Below are positions 14,994 to 26,322 of a stretch of DNA of 64,000 bases, in pieces. Both the position numbers and the translations under genes were made by a program. The stretch lies in NCBI RefSeq assembly GCF_009914755.1, contig NC_060931.1. The stretch is one strand, 5' to 3'. The DNA comes from the human T2T-CHM13v2.0 reference genome, Homo sapiens. Below the pieces are notes generated by a model. The model saw nothing but the letters and a program-made list of their open reading frames with translations. It searched no databases and was not told where the DNA came from. The first letter of the stretch is position 1, and each line of letters opens with the position of its first letter.

Positions 14994-15439
14994 ACTCCAT
15001 CTTCCCAAGAACTAAATGGGTGTCTTCTATAGTGTATGTGCAAATCTCCTTCAAAAGGAAGTCTTACTCTTCCTGCTTTCAAAAATGGGAACAAAATTCA
15101 CACCTCAGCATCCAAGTATTTGTTATTTTTGTGGATATTGTTAGAGCTGGTGTCACAATGTAAACTACTAGGATGAAAATAAGTATTAAAAGATTTCTCT
15201 TTTAAAAAGCTGATTAGAAATGATAGAAGTATAAGTAAAATATTTGTTTGTGAATTTTAATTATGTACAGAATGAATTTTAGTAACAGGCAAATCTAGCA
15301 TTTAAGACTGCAATTTTCTAAAATTTAAATTTATTGGATTTCTAAAGTTGGTGTATCAGCATATTATTCTTAAATAATACGCCTTCTGTTTTACAATATT
15401 TCTCATTTTTATTTATATCTTTAATTGGCTAAATGTTTT

Positions 15440-17450
15440 ATAATGTTAATTAATAATGCTGAAACAGTCATTCTTGTGATGTTTTAATAACTCTACTAGT
15501 GTTTTAACAGTAATATGGCCTTGGGGTTTGGTTTAAAGTAGGTGTTGTACATGATATTAAGGAGATGACCTTTATCAAATGTTTTATTTTTCTTGTATTG
15601 GAATTATCATATATATATATTTTCTTATTCAGACTATGTGAAGTGACATGTTATTTGTTTTCCTGATACTAATACATTTCTAAATCCAATGGCTTTAATT
15701 GTCATGATATGTTACTCTTTTAATGTACTATTGAATTCCATTTGCTACCATTTTACTAAAGCATTTTGCATCTACATTCGCAAGTGAAACTGAGTTAAAA
15801 GTTTGTTTTTTTAATTTTTGAGTTATCTTTGGCTGAAATTTATTTCATAATCACTTGATTATATAAAACCAATTGGTAGCTTCCCCTTCATCCTTATACT
15901 GTTGAAAATTTTACATAGAACGATGATCAATTCTCTAAATGTTTGAATGGCCCTTCCTGGAAAACTTCTGGTAAAAAGCTCAAATCATTTTTTACAACAG
16001 TTTTAAAAATTATTATAACATTTTTCTAAGTCACTTGCCTATTCACATTTTCTATATCTCTACTCATTAATTTTGTTAAATTATAGATGGCTACCATTAT
16101 CTATTTAAGAAAAATGCTTGTAGTATTTATCAAATAATTGTGCATATGATTCTGTTAAAATAATTATTCTCCAAATTTATCTTTCCTTTCTTTTTCCCAA
16201 TATTAAATGTTTTTCTCATGCTTTTTTGCCAGAGTTTTGTGGCTTTTGATTTTTATAATTTATTACTTATCTTACTTTTGTAGTTACTTCTTTTTAATTC
16301 TGTAGAGGTTTTTGTTTCCCTTTTTAAAATAATTTCTTGAGTTTAAAGCTTAGTTTCTTCTGCATTATAAAATTTTGATACTTCTTCTTTAATATTGGGA
16401 ACATTTATAGCTATGAATTTGTTTCTGACAACTGCTTTAGTCTCATCTAAATGTTTAAAATATAGCCTGGTTAACATTAAGGGAGCACAGGCTTGCTGCT
16501 TTTCAGTCTTTTGGCTAAGACCAGGTGAAAAAGAGCACGGGTTTAGAATCAAGGAGCTTAGGTTTGAATTCTGACAGTTTCACACATGTTGTGAGAGGGA
16601 CTTTAACTCACTACACTTCTGTATTTGTAATTTAGAGTGAGTATATTTACATTATAGTGCTTTGTAAGATTAAATGAGATATGTTTATAAGTGTACAGTA
16701 CTGTGATGATAGCAAAATCAAATGTTCAACACAAATATTAATATTGGTTGAAAATTATAGTTTGGGTTGTTCTTTTTTGTATAATAATTTTAATTTTTAA
16801 AATCTGAAGTGCTAGATGTTTGTTGCTTTTGTTGTTATTTCAAATTGTCTTACAAATTTCTAATTTTATTGCATTTTGCCCCAATAATATGGTCTTAGAA
16901 TGTCTATATTTTGGGAATTTTCTAAGCTTTTCAGTTTTTGAGTTGTTTGGATAACTGAAGATCATTTTCTTTGTTGAAAAGGGCCAAGATATACACACAC
17001 ATGCACACAAAATGCACTCGTTTTTTATTTGTATTTATTTCCCATATTCATTATATTATTCATTTATTTTTGTTCTTATTTTTTAAAATAAATCTACCTG
17101 ATTTGTAGCTGTATTTGCATTTTTTGCACCTATCATGTTTGAATCAAATTCTGTTGGTTTTTAAACATATTTTGAATTTTATACATAACTAAACTATTTT
17201 TCTCTGTTCTGTTCAGTACACTTTGCTTGTAATTCTAGTTTATCTGAAACTAATATGGCTGCTTCCTATTTCTTCTGTTTTAGTTTGCCTAAAAGAATTT
17301 GTCATCATTTTAAACTATCTGTGCCATTTTATTCAGATCAATCCCCTTTAAGTATTTTATAATTAGAATTTATTTATTTATTTATTTTGATCTTCCAGTC
17401 TCTGCTTTTAAATTGGTAGTTTAATTCTCTCATATTTTCTCTTCTCTTTT
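15440..17450 (-). mobile_element. Highly diverged L1 (L1ME-like) ORF2 fragments, interrupted by a MIR at about 16520-16750
   Basis: T-rich antisense ORF2 motifs (ATTGAATTCCATTTGCTA..ATTTTGCATCTACATTC; ATTTATAGCTATGAATT). Confidence 0.6.
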
Positions 17451-17769
17451 TTTGTGGTTTTATTATTTTTACTTCCCTTATGTTTCAATATTTTCTCCCA
17501 CATATTTTTCAACTTTCTCAAAATATTGATTGCGAGAGTATCTATCAATACATATTTTTAAATTTAATTGCTTCTTAGTTTTACTTTGAAAAACTGTATT
17601 TTATCATTCCATGTTTTTCTGGAAATTATCAAAGCCAAGACCAAAATGTTATTTTTTTTTCAAATTAGCATTTGTTTATTTCACACTCATTTTCAGATCT
17701 TTGGTAATATTATGTAGAGTCTTAGTGTCAAATTACTACTATTTAAAAAATTTTGTTACGTATAATTTT

Positions 17770-18140
17770 TTTATATATGTAACAAAATTTACAATATGTA
17801 TGTATATATGTGTGTGTATATATACACACGTTTTGTGTGTATATATGTATACATATATACATATATACTCACATATGGTTTGTATGTATATACGTATATA
17901 TATATACGCACACATATATATGGTTTGTATGTATGTACATATTATACATATATATGTGTGATTAAATAATTAAAAATATTGGAATAAAAACAAATGTGTG
18001 TGTATGTATGTGTGCGCACACATATACATGGTTTGTATATATATGCATATGTTATACATATATGTATGTATTATATTTATATATGTATGTATTATACATA
18101 TGTAATATGTGTTTGTGTGTGTATGTGTATATGTATACAT
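17770..18140. repeat. Complex (TA/TG/CA)n microsatellite
   Basis: Visible; recurrent TGGTTTGTAT subunits. Confidence 0.9.
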
Positions 18141-18434
18141 TTGGTTTTTATTCCACACATTTGGTTTTTTTAAACCACACATTTGGTTTTTATTCCAATA
18201 TTTTAAATCATTTGCCTTATACTGTAGAATTATTACTTTGCTAACTTTTGTTTCAGTGATTTATATGAGTCCTTATATAGCAGGATATATTTGTAATTTT
18301 TTTTCTAATTCAGTTTCTTGAACAATTATTTAATACTAGTTTTGTTTTAATAAACTTAATATTTTGAGCGAATGCATATCTAGGTATATATTTCCATTGC
18401 CTTCACATATGAAGGTCAGTGGTCACTTTAAGGT

Positions 18435-18955
18435 CAGTGGTCCCCAACCTTTTTGGCCACCAGAGACCAGTTTCCCGGAAGATAATTTTTCTAGAAACCG
18501 GGGTTGGGGATGGATGGTTTTGGGAAGATTCAACGGCATTACATTTATTGTGCCCTTTTTTTTAATATTACATTGTAATATATAATGAAATAACTATAAA
18601 ACTCACCATAATGCAGAATCAGTGGGAGCCCTGAGCTTCTTTTCCCGCAACTAGATGGCCCCATCTGGGGGTGATGGGAGACAGTGACAGGTCATCAGGC
18701 ATTAGATTTTCATAAGGAGCACACAACCTAGATCTCTCACATATGCAGCTCGCAATAGGGTTTGTGCTTCTATGATAATCTAATGCCGCTGCTGATCTAA
18801 CAGGAGGTGAAGCTCAGGCAGTAATGCAAGTGATGGGCAGTGGCTGTAAATACAGATGAAGCTTCGCTTGCTGTCACTCACCTACTGCTCTGTGGCCTGT
18901 TTCCTAACAGGCCATAAACCAGTATTGGTCTGTGGCCTGGGGTTGAAGACCCCTG
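18435..18955 (+). mobile_element. MER1A (hAT-Charlie non-autonomous DNA transposon), near full length
   Basis: TIRs CAGTGGTCCCCAACC ... GGTTGAAGACCCCTG; internal CATCAGGCATTAGATT..CATAAGGAGC and GCCGCTGCTGATCT; about 520 bp. Confidence 0.9.
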
Positions 18956-21069
18956 CTTTAGATGACTACAAAAATCTTGAATTCAAAACTTTCTGTACTT
19001 CAAGACTGTAAGTGTGTATTAGCCAGTTCATAAAAGTGAAGGCACGAACAACAGTTGCTTGACCTTCTCTCTGGCCATGAACTGGGATGGTTCGTCTTGA
19101 TGGAAGCTGAGAACTCATCACTCAACTGAATGGATGTTTGTGAGAAATAGTCTAAGCTCTTCACTTTCTCACTCAGATTATCAAGAAGCACCAAATCAGG
19201 AATGTTCTAGTTAGTTCAAGTGATATTTTTTATTTCCAAATTTCTTCTTGAATCTCCAAATTTTTCATATCTAGGAATCATGAAATTGAAAGTGCCCCAT
19301 TGTGCCTCTCTCTTGAGCCTAGGGGCAGCTTATGTAATATGCTTCTGTTTTGTACACTGTCTCAGCCAAACATACTTACAAAATAGGCATTACCAGGTCA
19401 AAGAATAAAAAGAAGTTTCAACAAAAAAAATCTTATTCCTGTATTTTCTCAAGTTTTGCAAAACTTTCTTTGCAACCCATTAAGTTCTCTCTCCCCAGAC
19501 TACGAAGGTGCCAACGGAGATTCAAGAAAGGGAGAGTAGAACTCACCACGCTCTCTGATCCAGAGCAGGGGATATTCCGTCTCCTACCTCGTTTTGTTTC
19601 TATGACCAGTATCATTCTGCCTTTCCAAAGTGATGCTTCTCCATTCCTCCCTAAGGAATAATGGCTTGACTTCTTTGGAGATGTCATGAAAGATTTGCAA
19701 AGAAATAAGTTGAATTTATACTTCAAGTATGACTATCAATTTATTGATGGGAAGTGGAAAAAAGAGCCTTCTAAGCATAGAGAATAATAAAAATCATACC
19801 CATTACATGTTTAAGGACTTAGTATGCCTGAAATTCTAAGCCCTTTCTAGTTGCTAACTTATTTAAACCTCAAAAGAGCTGTATGAGATTACAGTTTTAG
19901 ATCATCCTTCTATCTTGTACGTCCAGCAGAACAGTTTTACGTCATCCTTCTTAAGTAAAATGAGTCTTTAGTAATTTGCTCAAGGTTAAACATCTAAGAA
20001 ATGAATAGTTACGAGGCTCTTATTCTTAACTACTGTGCAATACCACCTCAATACTTTAGCATTAGCATGTTTGGACTGAAGACTCAGTAAGACAGGGCAT
20101 AAGTAATTGTGTTTACTCATAAACAAATTTATAGTTAGATTACATTATTGCAATACCTCTCTGTTAATTGGATTTTTAAATATAGACTGTGGTGAAGATT
20201 TGATCAGCCTATAAAGTAGAAAACTGAAGCCGTTGGCTGACACAGGTGAGGCCACTTTTCTTTATACATTAGGTAGAATCGAGCATTCTCATACTCACTG
20301 AATAATTTTATCTCTTCTCTTCCCTCTGACAGCCAATGACTAAGTTTTGAATGATCAGGTATTACTCCTCATTCAAAATGAGCAAGTCCATTCTGATTTT
20401 CAAAGCCAAATTTCTGACGGAATTAATTTATCTATAAATTTTAGTTATTTTGTTGATGAGTATCCTGCAAAAGCAAAAAAATCTATTTTCACGATCTACA
20501 AGTTTCCCCCATGTCAGTGAAGGAAAGAGATGAAATAAGTATTAGAGAATAGACTTGTAGACCCAAAGCTAAATCGACATCTCTAAAATATGGGTGATAT
20601 TGCCTTACTACGCACAGAATTTGAAATGCCTAGTCAATCACTAATATTGGCATTGAGTGACAGGGAGATTTTTACATTCCTTTGAATTATGAGTTTTTTG
20701 TTTTGTTTTCTCAATGAGTTGACGAGTCTTTGCTGTGATTTTATGCTTTCTGTTTTTGTGTGCTAGTTATGTGATAATATGTTTCATATGCTGATCAGTC
20801 AGGGACATACATGAATCCCACTGGAATTTCATCTCATTGACATGGGAATTATTCTGGGCTCAATAATTGCTTCCAACTCTTATTATTATTTTGTTCTCAT
20901 GATGGATATTTGTGAGAAATATTTGTGATAAACAAAAAGGAGAAGATAATACATGTACTCACAATCTTGTACTCACAGACAATCTTGTTCTCTGACACAT
21001 ACATGGCACATAGAGTTATATTTATCAAAGCATGTGCTCTTGCATTTTTGGAGAGATGGTAACAGACGA

Positions 21070-21260
21070 TAGTATTTACTGATTACCATATGCCAGGTCT
21101 AAGGCTGTTAAAGGGTTACTTTATTTAACCTTCATTACAACTTCATGAGTTAGGTAATAATTTTATGTTCACTTTGTAGATGAGGACACTAAGGCAAAAA
21201 GAGTTCAGATAACTATCTCAGGTTGTCACAGCATATGAATATTGGTCCTAGGATTTTAAT
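21070..21260 (-). mobile_element. MIR
   Basis: Antisense MIR core (GATGAGGACACTAAGGCA..CAGATAACT). Confidence 0.65.
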
Positions 21261-22497
21261 GCAAAAATTCAGCTGCAGATGTCAGGTTTATTATTATGCC
21301 AAACTATGTCCCAAGAAGACGTGCTGTATGTATATATGTACATGCATACACATACACACATATATGCATACTGTCATGCACTTCAAGCATGTTTATATAG
21401 AGTCTTATATGCAAACCTACCTAACCATACACCTTTAGATGCACTTCCTTCTTCAATTTACATGTACATGTATACTTATTTCTTATATAACTAACACAAA
21501 TTTATATAAATATGCATAAAAATACATTTGTAGCAGACCACTTTTTGTCAGAGAAGGATTGATTTTAAGATACTAAAATCATCTCGTACTAGTTCATTTG
21601 CAGAGTATAACAAACAATGGGTGAAAAAGTGTTATTGGTTGGATACATTTTTCCTCCATGATAAAACTGTACATACACATACACCCCCCCCAACACACAC
21701 ACACACCAAACGCTGTTTAGTAACTGAGTGAGTAGTGGCAAATGTGATTTTTAGCCAAGGTGAGGGGTTGGGCTGGAGCTAGGGCCAGGGAGGCAGGTAA
21801 TTAGGGAAGAGAGTAAAGACAACATTGTATTTGGATAATTTAGGCAATTCAAGCAGACAAAAAGATGCCTGTTTAATCACCTTATATTTAATATTTAATG
21901 CATTGCCAGGTTCCTGATATATAAAGTGTTATTACTTGATAAACTCTCGGCTGATATTAATTACCTACTATTTGATTAGCATAGTAAACATACAGTACAC
22001 ATATTAATTCTTTTAGTAACATTCTATGTCTACATGACCCTAGTGTTTCCTTATTTTCAGGGAGTTTGAATTGAAGCCAAGTCATTATTGTAGCAATAAG
22101 ATGGGTTCTCTGACAGGATTTTGAATAATCTTTCAGAACTTTAAGGCCCTTATATGAAAGCACCAAATGCTTTATTGGCTCAGCTACTACACCTGTCACC
22201 TTTGTAAGATGTGAAGACTGCAGATCTCTTTTCATCACTGAGATTCACAGAATAAAGTTTTCCATATTTATTAAGGGAGGACATAAAAAGGAACATGATT
22301 GAAGGTGTGTACACACTTGTGCACAGCTAAACCTGCCATCATTCTTTCCTCTCCCACCTTTCACCAGCATGTTGTCTTTGAAAACTGAAATCTGGCTTTT
22401 TAAAATCGTTGTTGCTACTTTTCTGTTTTGTTAGTGATGAGTAGTTTCTAACTCCTGACTGTATCATTCTTGGGGTTTGGTGTGGTTATTTAAAATT

Positions 22498-22499
<2 letters not shown>

Positions 22500-22542
<43 letters not shown>
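22500..22542. repeat. (TG)15(AG)n compound microsatellite
   Basis: Visible. Confidence 0.95.
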
Positions 22543-22543
<1 letters not shown>

Positions 22544-23009
22544 AACTTGGTGCCAAATGAAATCATTCAAATTATAGTCACTCAGTTGTCATTCCAAATG
22601 GTGTATTTTAAATTTCGTTGTTGCTTCATATTTTATATGTCCCCATATACAAATTCTATTGCTAAGAAGTGGAGCTGACATTTCATGTTTTTTGTCACTT
22701 ACAGAGAAAACTAGCTATTTCTGATCTCTTCCACTCAAATAGGCTTAGTTTAAGAGAAGAAACAGAACCAACAGCCTTACTGTATAATGATCCTAAGTTA
22801 TTCATTTAGTGAGTAATTTTTTTTATTCAGCAAACTAAGAGTTGGGTTTCAGCAATGATATGGATAAAAAATAATGTTTTATCACTTCATACAAATAATA
22901 CCATAACTGAACATGTATTAATAATATCTAGTAATGTATCCAGTAAAATATTATCTTAGATTGATAACATCTTAATCATAGCACCAAAAAGAACAAGAAA
23001 AATGCAAAG

Positions 23010-23215
23010 ATAACATTTATATAGTGTTTTCTGTGTATTAAGTACTTGGATAAGTATTTGACAAATCTAACCACTCTATAAATTAAATGCCATTATGTTT
23101 CTCAATTTACATTTGAGGAAACTAAGGATCAGAATACATATTTAGTAACCTGCCCAGTGTCATACAACTAGTTTCTGGCAGGGCTGGGACTCAAAGCCAT
23201 GCTTCTCACCAGCAT
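23010..23215 (-). mobile_element. MIR
   Basis: TGAGGAAACTAAGG..GTAACCTGCCCAGTGTCATACAACTAG..GGGACTCAAA. Confidence 0.7.
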
Positions 23216-24534
23216 GCTCGGCTGACTAATGTATTTGGAACCTTGGGCTGTATCTTCACGTACATACTGGGTTGGAAGAAGGAGCCACCAAGTGGCAATG
23301 ACTGCACTTGGTGACGAGAGAACTCAGCAACTAGTCACAATCTAGGTCATTAAAATGTCCTTTAAATGTCTCCGTTTAATCCATTTTTCCGTTTTCAAAC
23401 CTGTTTACATGTCGAATTTTCTTGTCTCTTTTATGTAGGATTTGTAATTCAGGTAAATCTGAGTTTTTCTTATTTCTTTTCTCCTTCATACAATGATATT
23501 TTTATAAATGTGGATTACGACAAGGCTTAAGGCAGCTTATTAGATATTGTGTGTAAAGGAGGATCTGCTTTTTCCATCGATTCCATTGAATTCTCACACT
23601 ATCATCCATAAAATTCTTCCATTTTTTACATATTATAACCATATTTAAAAAGTTATTTCTATGGATAATACTTTCAAAAAATAAATTAAGAATAATGGGC
23701 TAATGGTGATTTCTCATTTTCTTTATAACAATTTTTATTACAATTTTGTCTTTGCAATAAAAAGGTGATTAAAAGACAGGTCTTAATTTTTATATCTTCA
23801 TATGGTTGTCTTTTTATAGGATTTTTTTTAATATCATAAAGATAATTGAAAGTTTCTAACCCCTTCTCTTTCAATAGCATTGTGGCTCTCTTTGAGCAAG
23901 ATATGCTTAAATATTTACTTCTAAATATTGGGTGCTGTCAAAGAAAAAATAATCACTGGAATTTGACTTTTTTCAGCCTTCTACAAATAGTCAATTTAAC
24001 AAATATTTATTGAGTACCTATCATGAGTTATCTTAAATTATCTGCTGTGGTTCCAACAGAATGCCCAAAAGAATGTCCTCTTGCTGATCCATGTATATCA
24101 TAGCAAGAACAAAAATATTTCTTTGAGAGAGAGAAAGATAAATCCCACTTCCTGTCCTGAGAAAACTCAGACCCTGTGCCCTCTTCCTGTCCTTTCACTG
24201 CAGTCTCTTCATCACACTTAACAGTACCGTCACTCTATTTGGTGGGAACAAGTCGTCAGGACATGTAAAAGGCCTCCTCTTTCTTATCTTATCAATGGGT
24301 AGCAGAGCCACCGTTTGAACCCAGAACTTCCAGCTCTTGATATTGCTTCTTAGGTGGTAAAAACCTTACCACCTAAAGTGCTATTATTTTTGATGAACAA
24401 TAAGACTGGAGCCTAAGACATCCTATAGATATTAATTACAAAAAGATAATTAAAACAGATAAATGTTTACCATTCCTAACACAAAGCTGCTATTTGATTT
24501 TAAATAAACAAATAACAACATACACAGCATTAAT

Positions 24535-24690
24535 GTATCTAAGCCTTAGTTTCATCCTCTATGAAACGCGGTAATGATACACATCTCATAGGGTTGTTAT
24601 ACCAACTAAGTGAGATAATCTGGTGAAGAGTTGACTGTGATGCTTGGCACATAACCCTCAGTAAGTGTTATTATGTTAGTATAATTACTG
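24535..24690 (+). mobile_element. MIR
   Basis: GCCTTAGTTTCATC..CTCATAGGGTTGTT..TGGCACATAA. Confidence 0.7.
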
Positions 24691-25259
24691 TTTTAATTTA
24701 GCCCATCACTATTATGTAGAAAAGACAGAAAGAAAACCTAGAATACAAGTGGAAAACTGATTTTTATATGTTATTTCATAGTAAATAAATTTATAACTAC
24801 TGCATTTATAATACATTAAGCTCCTGACAAACTGTATAACAATTGAGTATTAAATACCTATCCAAATGCTTTCATAATATAAAACAGATTATTCCATTAA
24901 TTTACATAATAAATGCCTTTGAGCATCTTCTTTGTGGCTGGCATTATTCTGATTGAAAGATTTGAAATAAAAATAAAATAAATAATGGATTAGCCTATCT
25001 ATTATTCAAGGTGGCAAAATACCAGCTTTCTATTTCCACAGGAAGGAGTTATTTAAAAGAATCCATTTTCAGAAACAAAAATTCCTTGGGAACCTAACAG
25101 AAGTAATCTGTCAGTTTCTAGAGGAGATCTCTATAACACATTCCTCTAGTTTTGAGGAGATATTTCTTCTCAGCTTACATCCACAGCAAATATATCTGAA
25201 CTGTTTCTCTCAAAGATTGTAGATGTGTAATAAGGTAACTTTGCCAATACCTTTGACCT

Positions 25260-25320
25260 AATAACCAATACCTAATCACCAAAATAACCAAAACCTAATC
25301 ACCAAAATAACCAAAACCTA
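25260..25320. repeat. 23-bp tandem repeat, about 2.6 copies (AATAACCAAAACCTAATCACCAA)
   Basis: Visible. Confidence 0.9.
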
Positions 25321-25324
25321 GTAA

Positions 25325-25357
25325 TTTTTTTTGAGACGAAGTCTCACTCTGTTGCCC
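25325..25357 (-). mobile_element. Extremely 5'-truncated Alu (3' end only)
   Basis: TTTTTTTTGAGACGAAGTCTCACTCTGTTGCCC. Confidence 0.75.
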
Positions 25358-26247
25358 TAATAACTTATGAACTACCATTTCTGAGTGCCTACTAACTGCT
25401 TATCACTTCAATGACATTTGCTTTTTGAAACAATGCTGTGAAGTGGGTATTATTTTAAAAAATTATAAAGCTGAAGCCCAGAGAAATGATCAAAGGTGTA
25501 GATGGACATATCTGGGATTCTGACTATAACCATCCTTCTTTTTCCATTAGAGTTTACTACCCCCACTTCTGGCTTATTTCTCAAAACTCATTTTCAAATG
25601 CAGCACTATATCTATTCGGATTGACAGTACATTGTGCCAAGAACAGTGCCTTACCCATTTGGTTATTTATTAAGTGTCAGTTTAATGTATCGGATGAAAA
25701 ATCTTGATCTTATTTCAAAAGATTCATAAACACTACCTTGAAACCCAACTTTAACTTCTTTTCTCTCCTGCCTAACTCAATCTCCTATCTCGCATCAGGA
25801 TTCCAAAAATACACATGTGATTGCTTACCTCCGCTTCCTTTTATTTCATTTTATTATTGTTTCAATTGTTAGTCTCCTTTCCCAGTCTGTGCAATTTTTC
25901 TCAATTGATTACGCAATCACTGAAGTGGCAACCTCAAACTCATCTAGTCTCCAGGTGATTGCAAATGGTTCATAAAACAGCATCTAAAGAAAGGTTATCT
26001 TTGAAAGAAAAACAATTACAATTTTCATTCTTTATTGCATATGATAGTGGTTAGTAAAATAATAAGCACTGTCAGCCTGCCTATTTCAGAGAAGCAGAGC
26101 AGAGCTCTTTGGAAAGTACTATAAGGCATTCACATTGGGTATCCACCTGGGAATGGCTTCACTTTTCTCACTTCTGAATAGAATCATGCAGGAGCATCAT
26201 AACCTGCACCTGGAGCAGCCCATGATGGAGTCAGAATATGTCCCTTT

Positions 26248-26322
26248 AAAATAAGGCAGTATTATATAGGAGAAAATAAGGCAGTATTATATCAGAGAAA
26301 CTAAGGCAGTATTATATCAGAG
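26248..26322. repeat. 25-bp tandem repeat x3 (AAAATAAGGCAGTATTATATCAGAG)
   Basis: Visible; 1-2 mismatches between copies. Confidence 0.93.

Larger units (their letters stand above)
10480..25998 (-). ncRNA. Candidate exons of a spliced antisense lncRNA (LOC349160-like, antisense to CHRM2): 25998-25829, 19650-19547, 13700-13549 or 13493, terminal about 11090-10480
   Basis: Minus-strand splice signals: tttttctttcaaag| ... GAG|gtaagc; ttattccttag| ... GTG|gtgagt; tcatttttttttatag| at 13700; aaatttttcttag| at 11090; AATAAA at 10509-10504. An antisense lncRNA at CHRM2 is established, but this exon assignment is my inference. Confidence 0.45.
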
